64,000 bases of DNA, taken from positions 3,038,001-3,102,000 of the forward strand of contig JAYWIR010000001.1 of assembly GCA_036172245.1 (NCBI GenBank), in the 5' to 3' direction. Position 1 is the stretch's first letter, and the number at the start of each line of letters is the position of its first letter. Source of the stretch: Raillietiella orientalis. Taxonomy: Eukaryota. A program made the position numbers and the translations under genes. Below, piece after piece: positions 1 through 12,249 of the stretch. Under the pieces are notes generated by a model. That model saw nothing but the letters and a program-made list of their open reading frames with translations, made no database searches and had not been told where the DNA came from.

Positions 1-399
1 AACGCTTCTTGCAGAGAAAAAGGGGGGACAGAGCTCATGTTACAAGAGAACGGATCCTCCTCGGAAGTTGACGAACACGTTGTGTCGAGAATACACAACT
101 TTCACATGCACTCGATTCGCCGAAACACTCACTCCCTCGGTGATCAGCTTTCAGTGCATTTTATCTTTTTCTTGGCGCAGAGTTTGGGGTTCCGACCATA
201 CAACTGGGAAAGGAGGAACATCCTAAACACCTGCAAGTGGCGGGGGTCATGTGGTGGTCAAGAATAGTCAAGAATCAATGTTTCAGGTAAACATCAGCAG
301 CTACATTTTCGCCTTCACGAATCTCCATGAATTGTGTCGTCATAATCAGCAAATAAATGACAGTCTCAGTGTGCATGGCGTGTTTACCATTCTAATAAA

Positions 400-1050
400 G
401 GGAACCCATTAGGGGAAGAATAAATCAGGAAGTGCGTTACGCTGCTCTGTCGTCTGTGTCGGAGGACTTGGTGAGGACGGGAGGCTTGCATTTGGATCCG
501 GGTGCGACGTTTCGTAGGCGTTTTCGAACACATTCCAGAACACTCCAGAGTGCTCGAGATGAGTCTGTACGAACGACCAGGTATGAGCGAACGCGATCTC
601 TTCGCCCTGGCCTGCATCACCTTTGATGCAGAGGATGTCTTTTCTCCAGCACACCTCCCGCCTGGGAAACACTGCGAGGAAAGCTATTGAGAACCGATCG
701 CGGCTGCAGCCATCATTCGAGACAGTGGTCCAGCGGCCTCAAAGTTTGCGGTCGCAGGTGATCGGTGGGTGTTTCTCTGGAAGGTCTGCTGCTGCAGGTG
801 GTTTCACAGGAATCGTTTTGTTTCACCGGGCACGCGAAAATGCTTCCCGCGCTCAGTTCGGAGTCGTTCATCGTGGAAGAGGAGGCTGCAACCCTTGTTT
901 TTCTACTCCAGTTGGAACATCTTCCTTTCGGAACAGATCCGACAATCAGTTTTGCCGCAGTGGTTTTCCTTTTACAACTCTTCTTCGTGCACACCCCCCA
1001 CGCCCGTGCTTTCATAATTCTTTTGCCCCATTACGTGACAGAACTCGGTT
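400..1050 (-). mobile_element. Decayed L1/Tx1-like LINE ORF2 C-terminal (zf-RVT-like) fragment
   Basis: Minus-strand frames give 'LLFHDERLRT' followed, after a frameshift, by 'SCETTCSSRPSRETPTDHL'. This resembles the LH..L.T / C..C...ET..HL pattern of zf-RVT. The region has multiple stops and frameshifts. Confidence 0.3.
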
Positions 1051-1775
1051 GCGCACGACCTTAAGTAAAAAGCAGAGTCGCCGTTGCCAAAGGAACAACA
1101 TCCCTCGTCAAAGGGTGGCCATTTTCAACGGAGTTGATTTTGCATTCACTTGGCGATCCACACAATGCAGGCTCACGGAATGGGCAACACCATTGCTGAT
1201 GCTTCCGGTGGACACGTGTTCAAGGAACGGCCGAAAACACGATTCCCGTTTTCGTCTCAGTTCGCTGCAAAGGCCTGCAGAGAAGAAAACAGAAATTCTC
1301 TCCACAGCTGCAGAATAAGCAGAGCAAAACCTGTTGCTGCCAGCAGATCAGCCTGAAAGTGTTCAGACGGGGAGGTAGGATTTTTTTTCTGAAACTGTCC
1401 CGTTGGTTCGCTGTTAGCTTCTGATTTTTTTTTTTCCCCCGCTACTTGAGTGACCCCTTGAGCGTGCTTGGTCAAACAAAGGTGCTAAGAGGTTGCAATC
1501 CTTGAGGCGCACCGAATCCGTGTGTCCAGAAAGGGGGAAAAGCGTACGCGCTTTCACTTTCCTCATAGCAGCAAAAAATAAAATCCTGCGGTTTCACTCT
1601 CGCATCCGCAGTTTAGCTTTCCTCCTGTTAGCATCCGAAATCTCAGATCCATCCCTGATCACTCCAATGATCCCAGCTTTAGTGGAAGCAGTCCGCCTCT
1701 CTGCCTGTCTATGAAGCTCACACGCAGCCAGCGTTCGCAGCCGTGTGTGGCTCCGCGCGTGGACACCCAGCTCTG

Positions 1776-1856
1776 CGGGTTCGAATCCCGGGTGGGGAAG
1801 CATCGACGCCGACAAAACGGGTGAGTCGTGGGTTTCGAGTCCCCTCCGCGGGACCA
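1776..1856 (+). other. Two tRNA T-arm/B-box-like fragments (SINE head or tRNA debris)
   Basis: A CGGG-TTCGAAT-CCCG hairpin lies at 1776-1790. GTCGTGGGTTTCGAGTCCC...GGGACCA at 1825-1856 resembles a tRNA 3' end. No complete cloverleaf can be folded. Confidence 0.4.
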
Positions 1857-2009
1857 CGTTGGTTGGTCCACAGGTTTCGGGGGCAGCACTGGTGGAAGTC
1901 GGCTGCCCCCTCCGTCTACTGCCCGGGTTCATTCCAGGAATTCAAAAAGCCCTTCGGAGCTCCCCTCCGGTTATGAAGATGGAGCCGTCCATCTCGAACC
2001 ACGGAGCTA

Positions 2010-3170
2010 CTGGGTCGACACCTCTCCAGAGTGCAAAGAAGCGTGCCGTTTCATCTGGGGAGCGTTCTTCTGAGAAATTCCCTTCTTCGGGGTTCTCTTC
2101 AGAGTAAACAGGAGCGGTTCCCTTGCAGGTTCCCTCCGGAGAAGAATCTCCAGGAGTGGATCCTTTCCAGTTTCCCTTCGGAGGAGAAATGAGGGCTGAC
2201 CTCATCCGGGGAGTCCCTCCGGAGAGAATAGGGAAGAGGTTCCCTTCGGGGATCCCGTGCCAAGCGTAAGAGGAACGGACTCCCTCCTCCGGAGTGAGGA
2301 ATTCGGATTCGTAGGCTGGTGTCCTCCCGGGGTACCCCCTACAACTTGAAGAGTCACACACACCCTCGGGCGGCGTGGGCAGTTCTCAGAGAGCTTCGTG
2401 CCCGCCCCCTAAGGAGGCGTAGGGCGAACCAAAAAGAAATAGAAAACCCGGGAAAAAAACACACAAAAAAAAAACCTCTGGAAGGAAAGCAGCAAAAGCA
2501 GAGGAGTCCAAGAGGAAAATTTCCATCACCCCTATGCCGACACGCAACGATCTCCCCGTGAGGTCGCTACTGGCCTTCGAAACGAAAAGCACGCTTTTCC
2601 ATGGCAACGCCGAACTCTTTCGCTTGCAGGCATCATCTCTGCTTGGCCTGCAGGTGGATGAGACTTCGAGTGAACCCTGAGAAGACCGTATCCACCGGGG
2701 CTTGGCAGCGGCACCGTTAGCCCCAGCCGGTGTTTCCATCAGATGGTACGGAGGCCGTGCCTCCGAGGATCGGCGGAGAGTCCGCATTCGGAGATGGACG
2801 GCGGGAATCTGAGCGATTTTCATGCGGAAGACGCGGAGGGGTCGCTCCGAGAGCACTTTGGGGTCAGAAACACTTGGTCAGCGATAGGACAGAGACCTGT
2901 CACCAGAAGAAGTGGAGGAATCGGACCAAATTGGACGCTCACGTGGACCGCTTCGGCTACTTTTCCGGACGGGAGCGGAACGCTTCGGGTTGCACATTGT
3001 CGGGCACAAAGGAGTCCGACAGCAGGAGATGGAAAGTGGAGAGCCCAGAGAACAACGGAGGAACGAGGCACGGGGTTCCATGGAAACGGGAGGGAATAAT
3101 AGGTCCACGAGGGCGTTCAGGGGGATGGGGAAGCTTTGGGTTCTTTGTGGAGTGGCTTCCGACTTGATCT
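2010..3170 (+). mobile_element. Decayed LINE, ORF1 end to ORF2 endonuclease region; same family as 56850-58040 (opposite strand)
   Basis: 2010-2400 aligns by eye with the reverse complement of ~57605-58040 (YNLKSHTHPRAAWAVLRELR vs YELKSHVHPRVAWAALRDLR). Downstream are EN-like remnants ('NTWSAIG..WTLTW', 'TKLD', and 'GMGKL', compare G.WKLN). Confidence 0.45.
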
Positions 3171-4172
3171 TATTGAAATGAAAAATGCACGCACCATCAT
3201 TCACAAAAGAACTCACGCAGAGTCCGCGGAAGAAGAAGAAGAAGAATTTCGCCCTGTTCCCGTCCTTTGTGTTCCGCTCCGTTTCCTCCAACTTTTCTCT
3301 CCGAGGAAGGAAGAAGTGAAAAAACATTTCGCTTTTCGCCGATCCTCCCCAAAGTCACCCCGTTGCCCTAGAGAAGTTCTCCGTTGTTGTTGTTTTTTTC
3401 CACAGCGGCTTTTGGGTGCCGCGTAAAAGCAGGTCGTCGCCCCACTTCAGGAATCGTCTGCTCCTCCTTCCGTGAGCGTCTTTGCTCGACTCCCTGCTCC
3501 ACGTTAGGTGCGAGAAACTTGGTAGCAGGGGAGGTGAGGAGCTCACGCCCAGCAAGCTCCGGTCCTGACCACCTACGATTCGCCCTGCATCCTCCCTCCC
3601 TCCTTCCCTCGGCCACCCAGATATTCGGAGCGAGTTCGTGTATCCGACGGAATCCGTGTATCTCTGCTGAATAAAAGAGGGAAGGGGGGGGGGAGGGTAG
3701 CGTCGGATTCGTTACGATCGTCTCGAAAATCCTGTAAAGTTCCCGTTCTCTTGCGGGGGCATCGAATGCTACGCGGCCTCGCCATGCCGTCGGCTGCGGG
3801 AAGCATCCAGATCATTGGTTTGCGGAGGTGGCCTTGTGCACCTCGCCGCCGGTCGCTTCCTCCGCTGCTGTCCGTCTTCAGCTGACCCACGCCGCCACCC
3901 GTTTCGAGGAACTGCGATCTGCTCTTCGCCAACTTCATCCTCTTCCCTCCCGTTGTCCCGTACCTCCGATCGCCTCTCACATTCCAACGTGCTCGCTTTT
4001 CCGCAGGGCCGAGGAGCCACTGAAACCACTCCTGTCCTTGGGTCCTGGCTCAGCTTCGGGAAACAGGGAAAAAGGCTTCGGCCTTTACGGAGTGAAGTGT
4101 TTTGGGCGAAACGAAATAGGTTCGCCTTCCGATTCACACAAAGGAGTCATGCGTCCTTGGGAACGCCACGGT

Positions 4173-4951
4173 GGGTGCGTTACTTTGGCGACCGTCGCCG
4201 CGAAAGAAAATGCATGCGCATCTTCTTCCTCTGGGCGAGCTGCCTCCCGGTGCCCTCCCCGGTAGTGCCCCGGGCGGAGGCGGCAGCAGCGAAGCCGAAG
4301 CGGTCGATCTTCCGAGAATACCCGTCTGCCCCAAGGCCCTGGGCGAGGCCCGAAACTCCCTCGCCGCCGCCCCGAATCCCGACAGGCCGCACTCTGGAGA
4401 TGCCGGGCCTTATTCTCCGACGACTGTCGGAGCGCCGCCGTCGCACCGGACGCGTTCCTCTCCTTCCGAGCGACCGTCGAAGGCGGCGACCGCTGTCGCA
4501 GCTCTCCCGGAAAAAGGTCGTCGCGAGCGCGCACGTCAGGACCTGCGCGCTCCACCCCCTCGAGCCCCTCAGATCGGTTCGACTGGCGCGGTCGCCTCCC
4601 GTCTCCCGCCTCCCCGGACGACCGGCTGCCGCTCCTCGTTCGAGGTTGTCGACGAGCGCAGGGAAACGAATGGCGTCGCAGGATCGGCAGGTCACCGCCG
4701 GCCGGCCACTCGGGAAGAATCTTCTGGGAAGAATGGCGTCTGCTCGTTTCACAGGCTGGAAGGATGGTGGGGGCAGGAGAGATGGGTCAGAGGCCCCGTG
4801 GACGACGACGAGCGAAGCTGAGGATTCGCAGCGCGGCTTTCTCGCCTGACCAGCGACTGAAGGTCTCCAAGGTGGCGGTGTCTGGAGGTGGTGCTCCAGA
4901 GCGGGTGCTCGTCCGTCGTTTCGGCGGAGCGAAATTCGTCGCCCTCTCGAG
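4173..4951 (+). repeat. Long inverted repeat, arm A (779 bp)
   Basis: Reverse complement of 9567-10345. ORF translations 3815..4849(+) and 9669..10445(-) are near-identical over the shared part. I counted about 10 substitutions and the two arms have equal length. Confidence 0.95.
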
Positions 4952-5439
4952 ACTCGCTGGTTGCCACCGGAAAAGTGGAGACTGAGCGGGAACCAAGGAG
5001 GAGGTCTCGTTGTGCTGCATCTGATAGAAAGTGGCGGGGGCGGATCCTAACGCCTGTTTGCCTCGCGTTACTGGAGGAGAGAACGGGGTGGGGGATCTGA
5101 GAAGGGTTGAATCTTCTGCGATTTCCTTTCACTCAAAGACTTGGCGTCTTTTTAGCAAACCCTAGACCGGCTCTCTCTTCTCTTCTTCGTCCCTTGCCCG
5201 AGGGGGGCGCGCAAAACACTTCTGAGGAGGCGAGCTGTTGCGGGGCGTGTGGAAGGTCGCCCCCGCCTGCGTTGCGGCGGAAGGACTTTGCGCAGCGAGA
5301 TGATTCCTCGCTGAGTCCGGAAAACGCTTCTTCTGGGTAAAAGGGGGATACCAGGTGCGAGTCCAAGAGAGTTTTTCTTTTTCTGTCTTGCGTGAGACGA
5401 AGACAGGGGGTGAAAATTCTCAGTCGCATCCCGAACAGT

Positions 5440-6360
5440 GAAAGGAAAGACGCTTCGATTGGCTGCCATGGGAACATCCTCTAGGACAGCTATGCGGAAG
5501 GACGAAGAAGCTCAGCTTGTGGCTGAGAAGGGAATGATAGAGAAAAGGAAAGCGTCACGGAGGGGCCAGGTCCACGGAAAGCAGATTCGTTGCCATCCGA
5601 CTGCTCAGCCTGCTGCTCATCTGTTCTATGGGAAGAGCACCTCCAGGCCGAAGCAGGACCACACAGGCTCCACTGTAGTGGCACTGCTGCTCGGGAAGGA
5701 GGGTTGGCACTCTCGGGAACCGGAAAGAAAGGTGCTTTTGAAGCTTCAGAAACTCATCTCTTGTTGCTAGGCTCTCCCAGCATCTTGCGCTGAGATCTGG
5801 GAATACCTTCGCGTCTAGACGTCATGGTCTGCTGAGTAGATACATCAAGACCACCATCTTTCCGCTCCATTCCTTTTTCTCTCAGCTCTCATAGGAAGTT
5901 CCTCCTCCTTGCCGTGCGGAAAGAATGAGGCACCCGGCTGTTGAAGCCGAAGGCTCTTAGCGACAAGCAGCCGGGATGGTCTTGCGCAGATTAACCCGTT
6001 CTCGTCAGCGGGACGGACCGAACAGGATCCGGTGGCTGGGAGACGATGCGTCCCAACGCACAATGGGGCTGAAATCAGCTTGGACGGATGGCCAGTTACT
6101 CTGCAGGAAAAAGACGAGAAGGAAGGACTTCAACCAAAGTTTTCAACTAGCAAGAATCGCGACTCAGTCGCCTTCCTCGGCTACGATATTGCCCGTGCGC
6201 AAGGCTTCAACCAAAGAGAAGAGCTTCTCTTCTGTGGGTGCTGCACTGGCTCAGGGACGACGGGGCGTGGCGGAAGTCGAAGCGGGCAGAGTAATCATCC
6301 GCGTAGCATTCCTCTGCTGGAGAGGATGCGCCTGGTTGGAGCTGCAGTGATCCTCCCATG
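5440..6360 (+). mobile_element. Decayed L1/Tx1-like reverse transcriptase fragment
   Basis: Motifs occur in the expected order across frameshifts: 'RRFDWLPWEHPLGQL' (KAFD.V.W.FL), 'LLSLLLICSMG' (PLSPLLF.L.ME), 'AFEAS', 'DLGI' (YLGI), 'ISLDG' (LSL.G). Confidence 0.45.
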
Positions 6361-7029
6361 AAGGAGACGTGCACGGTTGACAGAGGCGGTAACGGGCAGC
6401 GGCAAAACCCGGCAGAAAACAACAAACTCCATTTCTTGTCTCCTCCATCTGCTCCTCTCTTGCGAGAGAACAAGTCGAGTCCGGGCGGGACGTGCGAGCG
6501 CGCGAGAGGGGCGTTCCTTTGTAAATCCGTGCCCTCTTCTCTGGTCCAGAAGGGTAGCTGTGAAATCTGCAGCAGCACCACACCCTTCAGCGTTTCGGGG
6601 AAATCGAGGAGGTGGACGGTTGGTTTCCCTGCTGGTGTCTCCCTTCCTCTTCAGCAGAAAGAGAGAGATCCAGGCAGAAAGAAAACTTCTGGAAAGAACG
6701 TCAACCACCAGGAAGGGCTTCTCAGGGGAAGAGGAACAGATTCCCAGGAGCAGACAGGTTCTTGTCCATCGAGGTCCCGGTTGGAGACCTGGACCTAAGA
6801 TCTGAGATCCTGAGATTTCTCTCCTGAGATCGTAACTGGACTTTAGGAACAGGCTCCACTCTACTCTGTCCCTTCTCATCTGCATCGTCAGATCAAAGAT
6901 GACTTTTCCTGGAGGAGGAGGAGGAGGAAAAGAAAAGGAAGGGAAAGAAAAGGAGGACGAGGAGGAGCATAAATGGAAAAAAGGTTGGCAGCCTAAAATC
7001 AACTCTTCCGCCGTTGCTGCCTCCCGCAT

Positions 7030-7800
7030 TCACTGCGACTTGAACTTGGCAGCGGAAGCTTGTCGGATGCTATTGACTCTTTGGGACCCTAATGTCTGGA
7101 ATCTAAGTGCTCCTGATGTCCCGAGAGCTCATTCCTCTCTCATGCATTCCTGGGCCATTGGGCATTTAGAGGTCACATGCAGTACCAACACGGCGGCAGC
7201 GACTTCCAGCTTGGAATCCTGACACGACGGCTGCTCGTAATCGGGAGGCTGCTGCGTGGTTGCCATAGGAGTCACCAACAGCATCCAACCTTTTCTGTTC
7301 AGCGCATTCAGGGAGTGAGATCACCATCAACCTCGCATCACCATGACGGCATCGTCAGGTTCTCATGCATTCTGCAGTATTTGGTCCCAGGTCCGCGAAG
7401 GGTTCGAGTCCTCCGTCGATTTCATTTATATAAACTGCATACAAACTGATGCTGGGTCATCGAAATTTCGTTCTGGTTGCAGAAGGAAGATCGACGCCTC
7501 GTTGCACGACCGAAGTTTGGTCTTGGTGTCCCAGAAGAGGAGACTAGGAAGATCCTCTCCCACGCTCCCTCACACTTCCCTTCTGTTCTCTTCAGCCTAA
7601 AGCAGCAGCATCCACTGGTATCGATTCCCACAAAGCGGTCCACTTGCAATGTAGCCACATGGAATGTGGCCGCTCCGCGGCACAGAACTGGTTCTTTGAA
7701 CGGACTCATCCCTGTACCTGTCCGAGGTGAATCGCCCTGCAGACGAGCGGTTCGCCGACTCTTCCTAGGGCGTCGTAGACTTGCTCAGGCTGATCCAGGG
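7030..7800 (-). mobile_element. Possible decayed LINE ORF2 (post-RT) fragment
   Basis: A stop-interrupted minus frame reads 'LLFWDTKTKLRSCNEASIFLLQP', weakly like F.W..K...I....L..P of L1/Tx1. Confidence 0.2.
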
Positions 7801-9566
7801 GTTTTGCGCTTCCTGCTCCGCTTTAGGAACTGCGGACCTCGAGGGACCACCAAAGTTCACCACCTCCAAAACGAGCACGGAAGGAAAGATGCTCTCTGAT
7901 GGAGCGGAACGGCCTCCTTCCGCGCTCGTCGCCTGCTGGAGGAAACTGCGAGGGAAGGGAAGTCGGGTCCTGGATTGGGAGCGCTTGGCTCAGGGCCGAG
8001 CTCGCGGTACGGCGTGGCGGAGCCGAGACGTCGCCAACGCAACCATTCCCCCCCCCCCTCCCTCCCTCCTTCCTTCCCGAGCGCGGCGGCGCGAAATCAT
8101 CGTTCCGACTGCCGCCTTTCCTGAAGCCGCACCTACCTCCCTTCCTGCTCTCTCTTTCAGGAATCGACGGACGCACGCGAGAATCCTGCCGATCCCGCAG
8201 GTCCCGCTTCCCAATGCGCCCCTCAGCGAGCGGAAGTGCACTCACCCCCCTCCTTGTTCTTTCATTTCCGGGGCAGCGGCACCACGAGCTTCCGAGAGGC
8301 TCGGACGCCGGCAGAGTGGCTCTTGCACGAGCGCTCCGCTGCGGCTTACCTCAATCCGAGTGCCCTTGAAACTGTGGGCTGCGGCTATTGAAAAGCAGGT
8401 CGTCGTCGTTCCTTCGCTCCGATTGGCTGCGGGACGCACGTCTCTGCTCGATCGCACAGCTCGGGCAAAAGAAAAAAAAAAAAAAATGCTGTCTTTCTCG
8501 CCGTCTTCATCGCCTCCGGCTTTCTCTTCCCTCTCCTCCGCCTACGCCACGAGCTCAGACGGTCCGAGCAATCAGGTTTTTCCTCTTCTTCTTTCCGGAG
8601 TCCAGAGTCATCTCGGCAGGGGAAGACTCCGGAGGCTGTGATCCTGAGGAGGAGGAAGAGAAAGGAGGGAAGGTCGCTTGAATCGCAGGGATGCCGCGCG
8701 TGCGTCTCTTCCGTTCTCTCCCGCCGTCGTCCATCCGCCAGACACTTGATTAGCAATGCTCACGCCTCTGCTGCCGGCAGTAGCTGCGGCCGAGCGCGAC
8801 CTCTCAGCGAGAGGTCGACCGGAACGTCCACTCGCCCGGCTGCGGGCTTCCTTGGGTTTACCGGGTGGGCAGGCCGCCGCCGAGCAGGAAGGCATGCGCG
8901 GTCCGCAAGAAAAGCTCCCTTCTCTGGAGGCTGCCTCGCCGCATCCTCCGCCATCCTTCCCTCCTTCCTCTGGGGCTCCCTTCTTCCCTGTAGACCGCCG
9001 CAGTCAGCAAACTGGATGATACCCAGCTGGATGAAGAGGGAAAACGGCGGCGTGCAGAGCTGCTCAGCATTGAGGTGGCGGCGCCAAAGGCACAACCACC
9101 CCCTTTGGTGCCCCAAGCCCCCCCCTCCCTGCCTCCCTTGGATCCATCTCGCCCTTAGGGAGGAGGTCGCGCAGGCACCCTCTCTTTCCAGCTTTCTTTC
9201 CTTCGGCAGTGGCACCATTCCCTATCCCTACCACCCTCTCCTGATCCCTACACGCGGACTCTAGAGGATTTCAATTTTCGTAGTCAGATCCAAGTCGGGA
9301 CTGATGGAGAGAGAACTCTGGGAACAGCAGCTTCACCACTTGACCATCAGGACTGAGCATTTGTCCTAGCCTCCCGACGCCTCCAAAGAGATCTTCTCGC
9401 TCCCCCATCCCACCCCCGGCGCGCGGCGTCCCTCCTGCCTCGGAGGGCGAGTCCGTTGCCCGCGGAAACCAATACGCTTGCGGGTGGGAGTCAAAGAGTC
9501 CCCGGATCGACCGGGTCCCAGGTGCCCAGGGAAATCGGAAACACGCCATGGACACTTCCGCGGCAC

Positions 9567-10345
9567 CTCGAGAGGGCGACGAATTTCCCTCCGCCGAAAC
9601 GACGGACGAGCACCCACTCTGGAGCACCACCTCCAGACACCGCCACCTTGGAGACCTTCAGTCGCTGGTCAGGCGAGAAAGCCGCGCTGCGAATCCTCAG
9701 CTTCGCTCGTCGTCGTCCACGGGGCCTCTGACCCATCTCTCCTGCCCCCACCATCCTTCCAGCCTGTGAAACGAGCGGACGCCATTCTACCCAGAAGATT
9801 CTTCCCGAGTGGCCGGCCGGCGGTGACCTGCCGATCCTGCGACGCCATTCGTTTCCCTGCGCTCGTCGACAACCTCGAACGAGGAGCGGCAGCCGGTCGT
9901 CCGGGGAGGCGGGAGACGGGAGGCGACCGCGCCAGTCGAACCGATCTGAGGGGCTCGAGGGGGTGGAGCGCGCAGGTCCTGACGCGCGCGCTCGCGACGA
10001 CCTTTTTCCGGGAGAGCTGCGACAGCGGTCGCCGCCTCCGACGGTCGCTCGGAAGGAGAGGAACGCGTCCGGTGCGACGGCGGCGCTCCGACGGTCGTCG
10101 GAGAATAAGGCCCTGCATCTCCAGAGTGCGGCCTGTCGGGATTCGGGGCGGCGGCGGGGGAGTTTCGGGCCTCGCCCAGGGCCTTGGGGCAGACGGGTAT
10201 TCTCGGAAGATCGACCGCTTCGGCTTCGCTGCTGCCGCCTCCGCCCGGGGCACTACCGGGGAGGGCACCGGGAGGCAGCTCGCCCAGAGGAAGAAGATGC
10301 GCATGCATTTTCTTTCGCGGCGACGGTCGCCAAAGAAACGCACCC
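9567..10345 (-). repeat. Long inverted repeat, arm B (779 bp)
   Basis: Reverse complement of 4173-4951, bounded by CTCGAGAGGG (9567) and CGCACCC (10345). Confidence 0.95.
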
Positions 10346-12249
10346 CAGCACGGCGTTTCGGGACGCTCCGGACTGCCGCAGCAGGGCCGGACCCGCTAAC
10401 CGGTGCTGCTCCACCAGACCTCCGTCGGGACGGGTGCGGGGCCATCTTTCCTGACTCGCCAGCTGCTTCCTCGCTTCAGCCGCTCGCGCGCGACGGCGAG
10501 CGCCCAAGGGCGGGAGGGGCGGACCGTCCGTCCTGGACATTGCTGGTTCGTCCTGATGCGAGTTGCAGGGAAGTTGCCGGAACGGCGGCGGTCAGACCGC
10601 CCGTTCATGTCAGGGGTAATCCCTTGTCCTTTCCCCCTTGCCTCGTGGTCCCTCCCGTTGCGGGTCGTCGTCGAGTCCGGCGCCTCGTTACCGTAAGGCC
10701 AGCCCGTGACAGCGTCCCCATCGGTTTATGGACCCTGCCCCTCTTCCTCCGCTCCTTCCCTCGTCCTGTCACCAGTAGGGGGTTCGCTCCCTGCCCTTAC
10801 AGGATGTTCCAAGATGGCACACCCGAAACGGAACGCGGGATTGCCAGTTGGACGCTCGGGAGAGGACGCCCTCCGGAACTGCTCGAGGCAGGTCGTCAGG
10901 GTTGGGTCACAGTCCGTAAACTCTGCGCGGAGCTCGAGGAACCGGGTTCGAACCTCTGCAGCGACCTCATGCCCGGACTCTCTGAACGAGACGTTCGCTC
11001 CGACCCTTCTTCTTAACAGTTACAGGAGAAGTGGAACAGATCTCCGATGACAATGTCACAGGGATGACGAATCCCGTCTCGATGGACCGGCCTCCTCCGA
11101 CTGGCGAGGTTGGATTCGGTCGGCAGGGCGAAGGCTTCCTTCTCGACGCATGCGCTCTGGAACTTTCCCCACGTGCGCTTATTTATTTTGGATGCGTGGT
11201 CCAGCACTCCGGGACAAGAAGGTCTCGCTATCGAAGCCAGAACCTCCCTCAAGAGGTTTGCTCGCTGCTGCTTCTGCAAGCGAAAAGCTCGTGCATTTTT
11301 TTCGGCCTCCAGCCACCTCCGCGTCTTTGCGGGAGGACGAACCTTTCGCTTCCGATCCGAACTGCGGGGACACTCTCACCCCAAGTCGTCTTCCCTCCAA
11401 ACCGACTCGTCCTCCCTTTATGACCCTTCTTTATGGCTTTCATTCACTGCGTGCCCTACCGGAGCGCTCTCTGCTCGTTCGTCCTTTGTTTCGAGTGCGA
11501 AACGCTCTTCGGCGGCAGCAGGCCACCGCTCCCCGTGTCACCTCCACATTGTCGCTGGTGAGCTGCTGCTGCACCGGGTAAAAGGTGGAGGGGGGGAGGG
11601 GGAAGAGAGCGAGGGTAGTCCAGTCGAGGAGGCCATTCCTCAAATCGAGGTCCTTGGATTCCGCTGCACCGGACACACGGTCAGCAGATTATGGCTTTAC
11701 GGTCCCGGTCATCACAGTCGTTCCTCTGATTACGCCCAGCTTCGCCTACGGGATTTTCCCGCCATTATCGGTGCATCCTCCGGGCAGGCCTCAAACATCC
11801 TACCGTTTTGTTTGCTCTGTTATTCGTTTTTAATGTTCATCCGAATGTACACATCCTCCCCCCTCCCCGCTCCCTTGACTTTCGTCGTCGTGATCCGGCA
11901 AGTGCCCTGGTGGTGGTGCTGCTGCTGCCAATTGATGGATCTCCGAACAGGTGCAGCCGCAAGCTCGAATTAGACCCAGGCGATTAGTTTAATAGCCGCA
12001 GTTCCCGAACCTACGCTGCGGATGCAAGGCCGTAGTCACGCAGGGAGATAGGCCGAATTCTTGTTTTCTGATGATACCTATCTGTCTTGTGGATACCTGG
12101 GTTCTCCCATTAAACAGTCGTTAAGCGCGTAGGATCCTCGCTACGAAGATCCCGGCGTGCCGGGTAGGTTGCTGGGTAACGCTTCCCAGAGCTTCGTTGC
12201 TCCGCGCGGCACGGCAACGAATCCCGCGCATCCGAGTTTTTTCCTCTCC

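Noticed and set aside
4173..10345. DIRS retrotransposon interpretation of the inverted repeats
   Set aside because: No gag, RT-RNase H or tyrosine recombinase ORFs between the arms; the internal RT debris is LINE-like.
9478..11016. Longest ORF (512 aa) and the overlapping long ORFs at 3815-4849 and 9669-10445
   Set aside because: Arg/Pro/Gly/Ser-rich, open in several frames on both strands because of high GC, no recognisable domain, and one arm substitution creates a stop in an overlapping frame. Not credible as genes.
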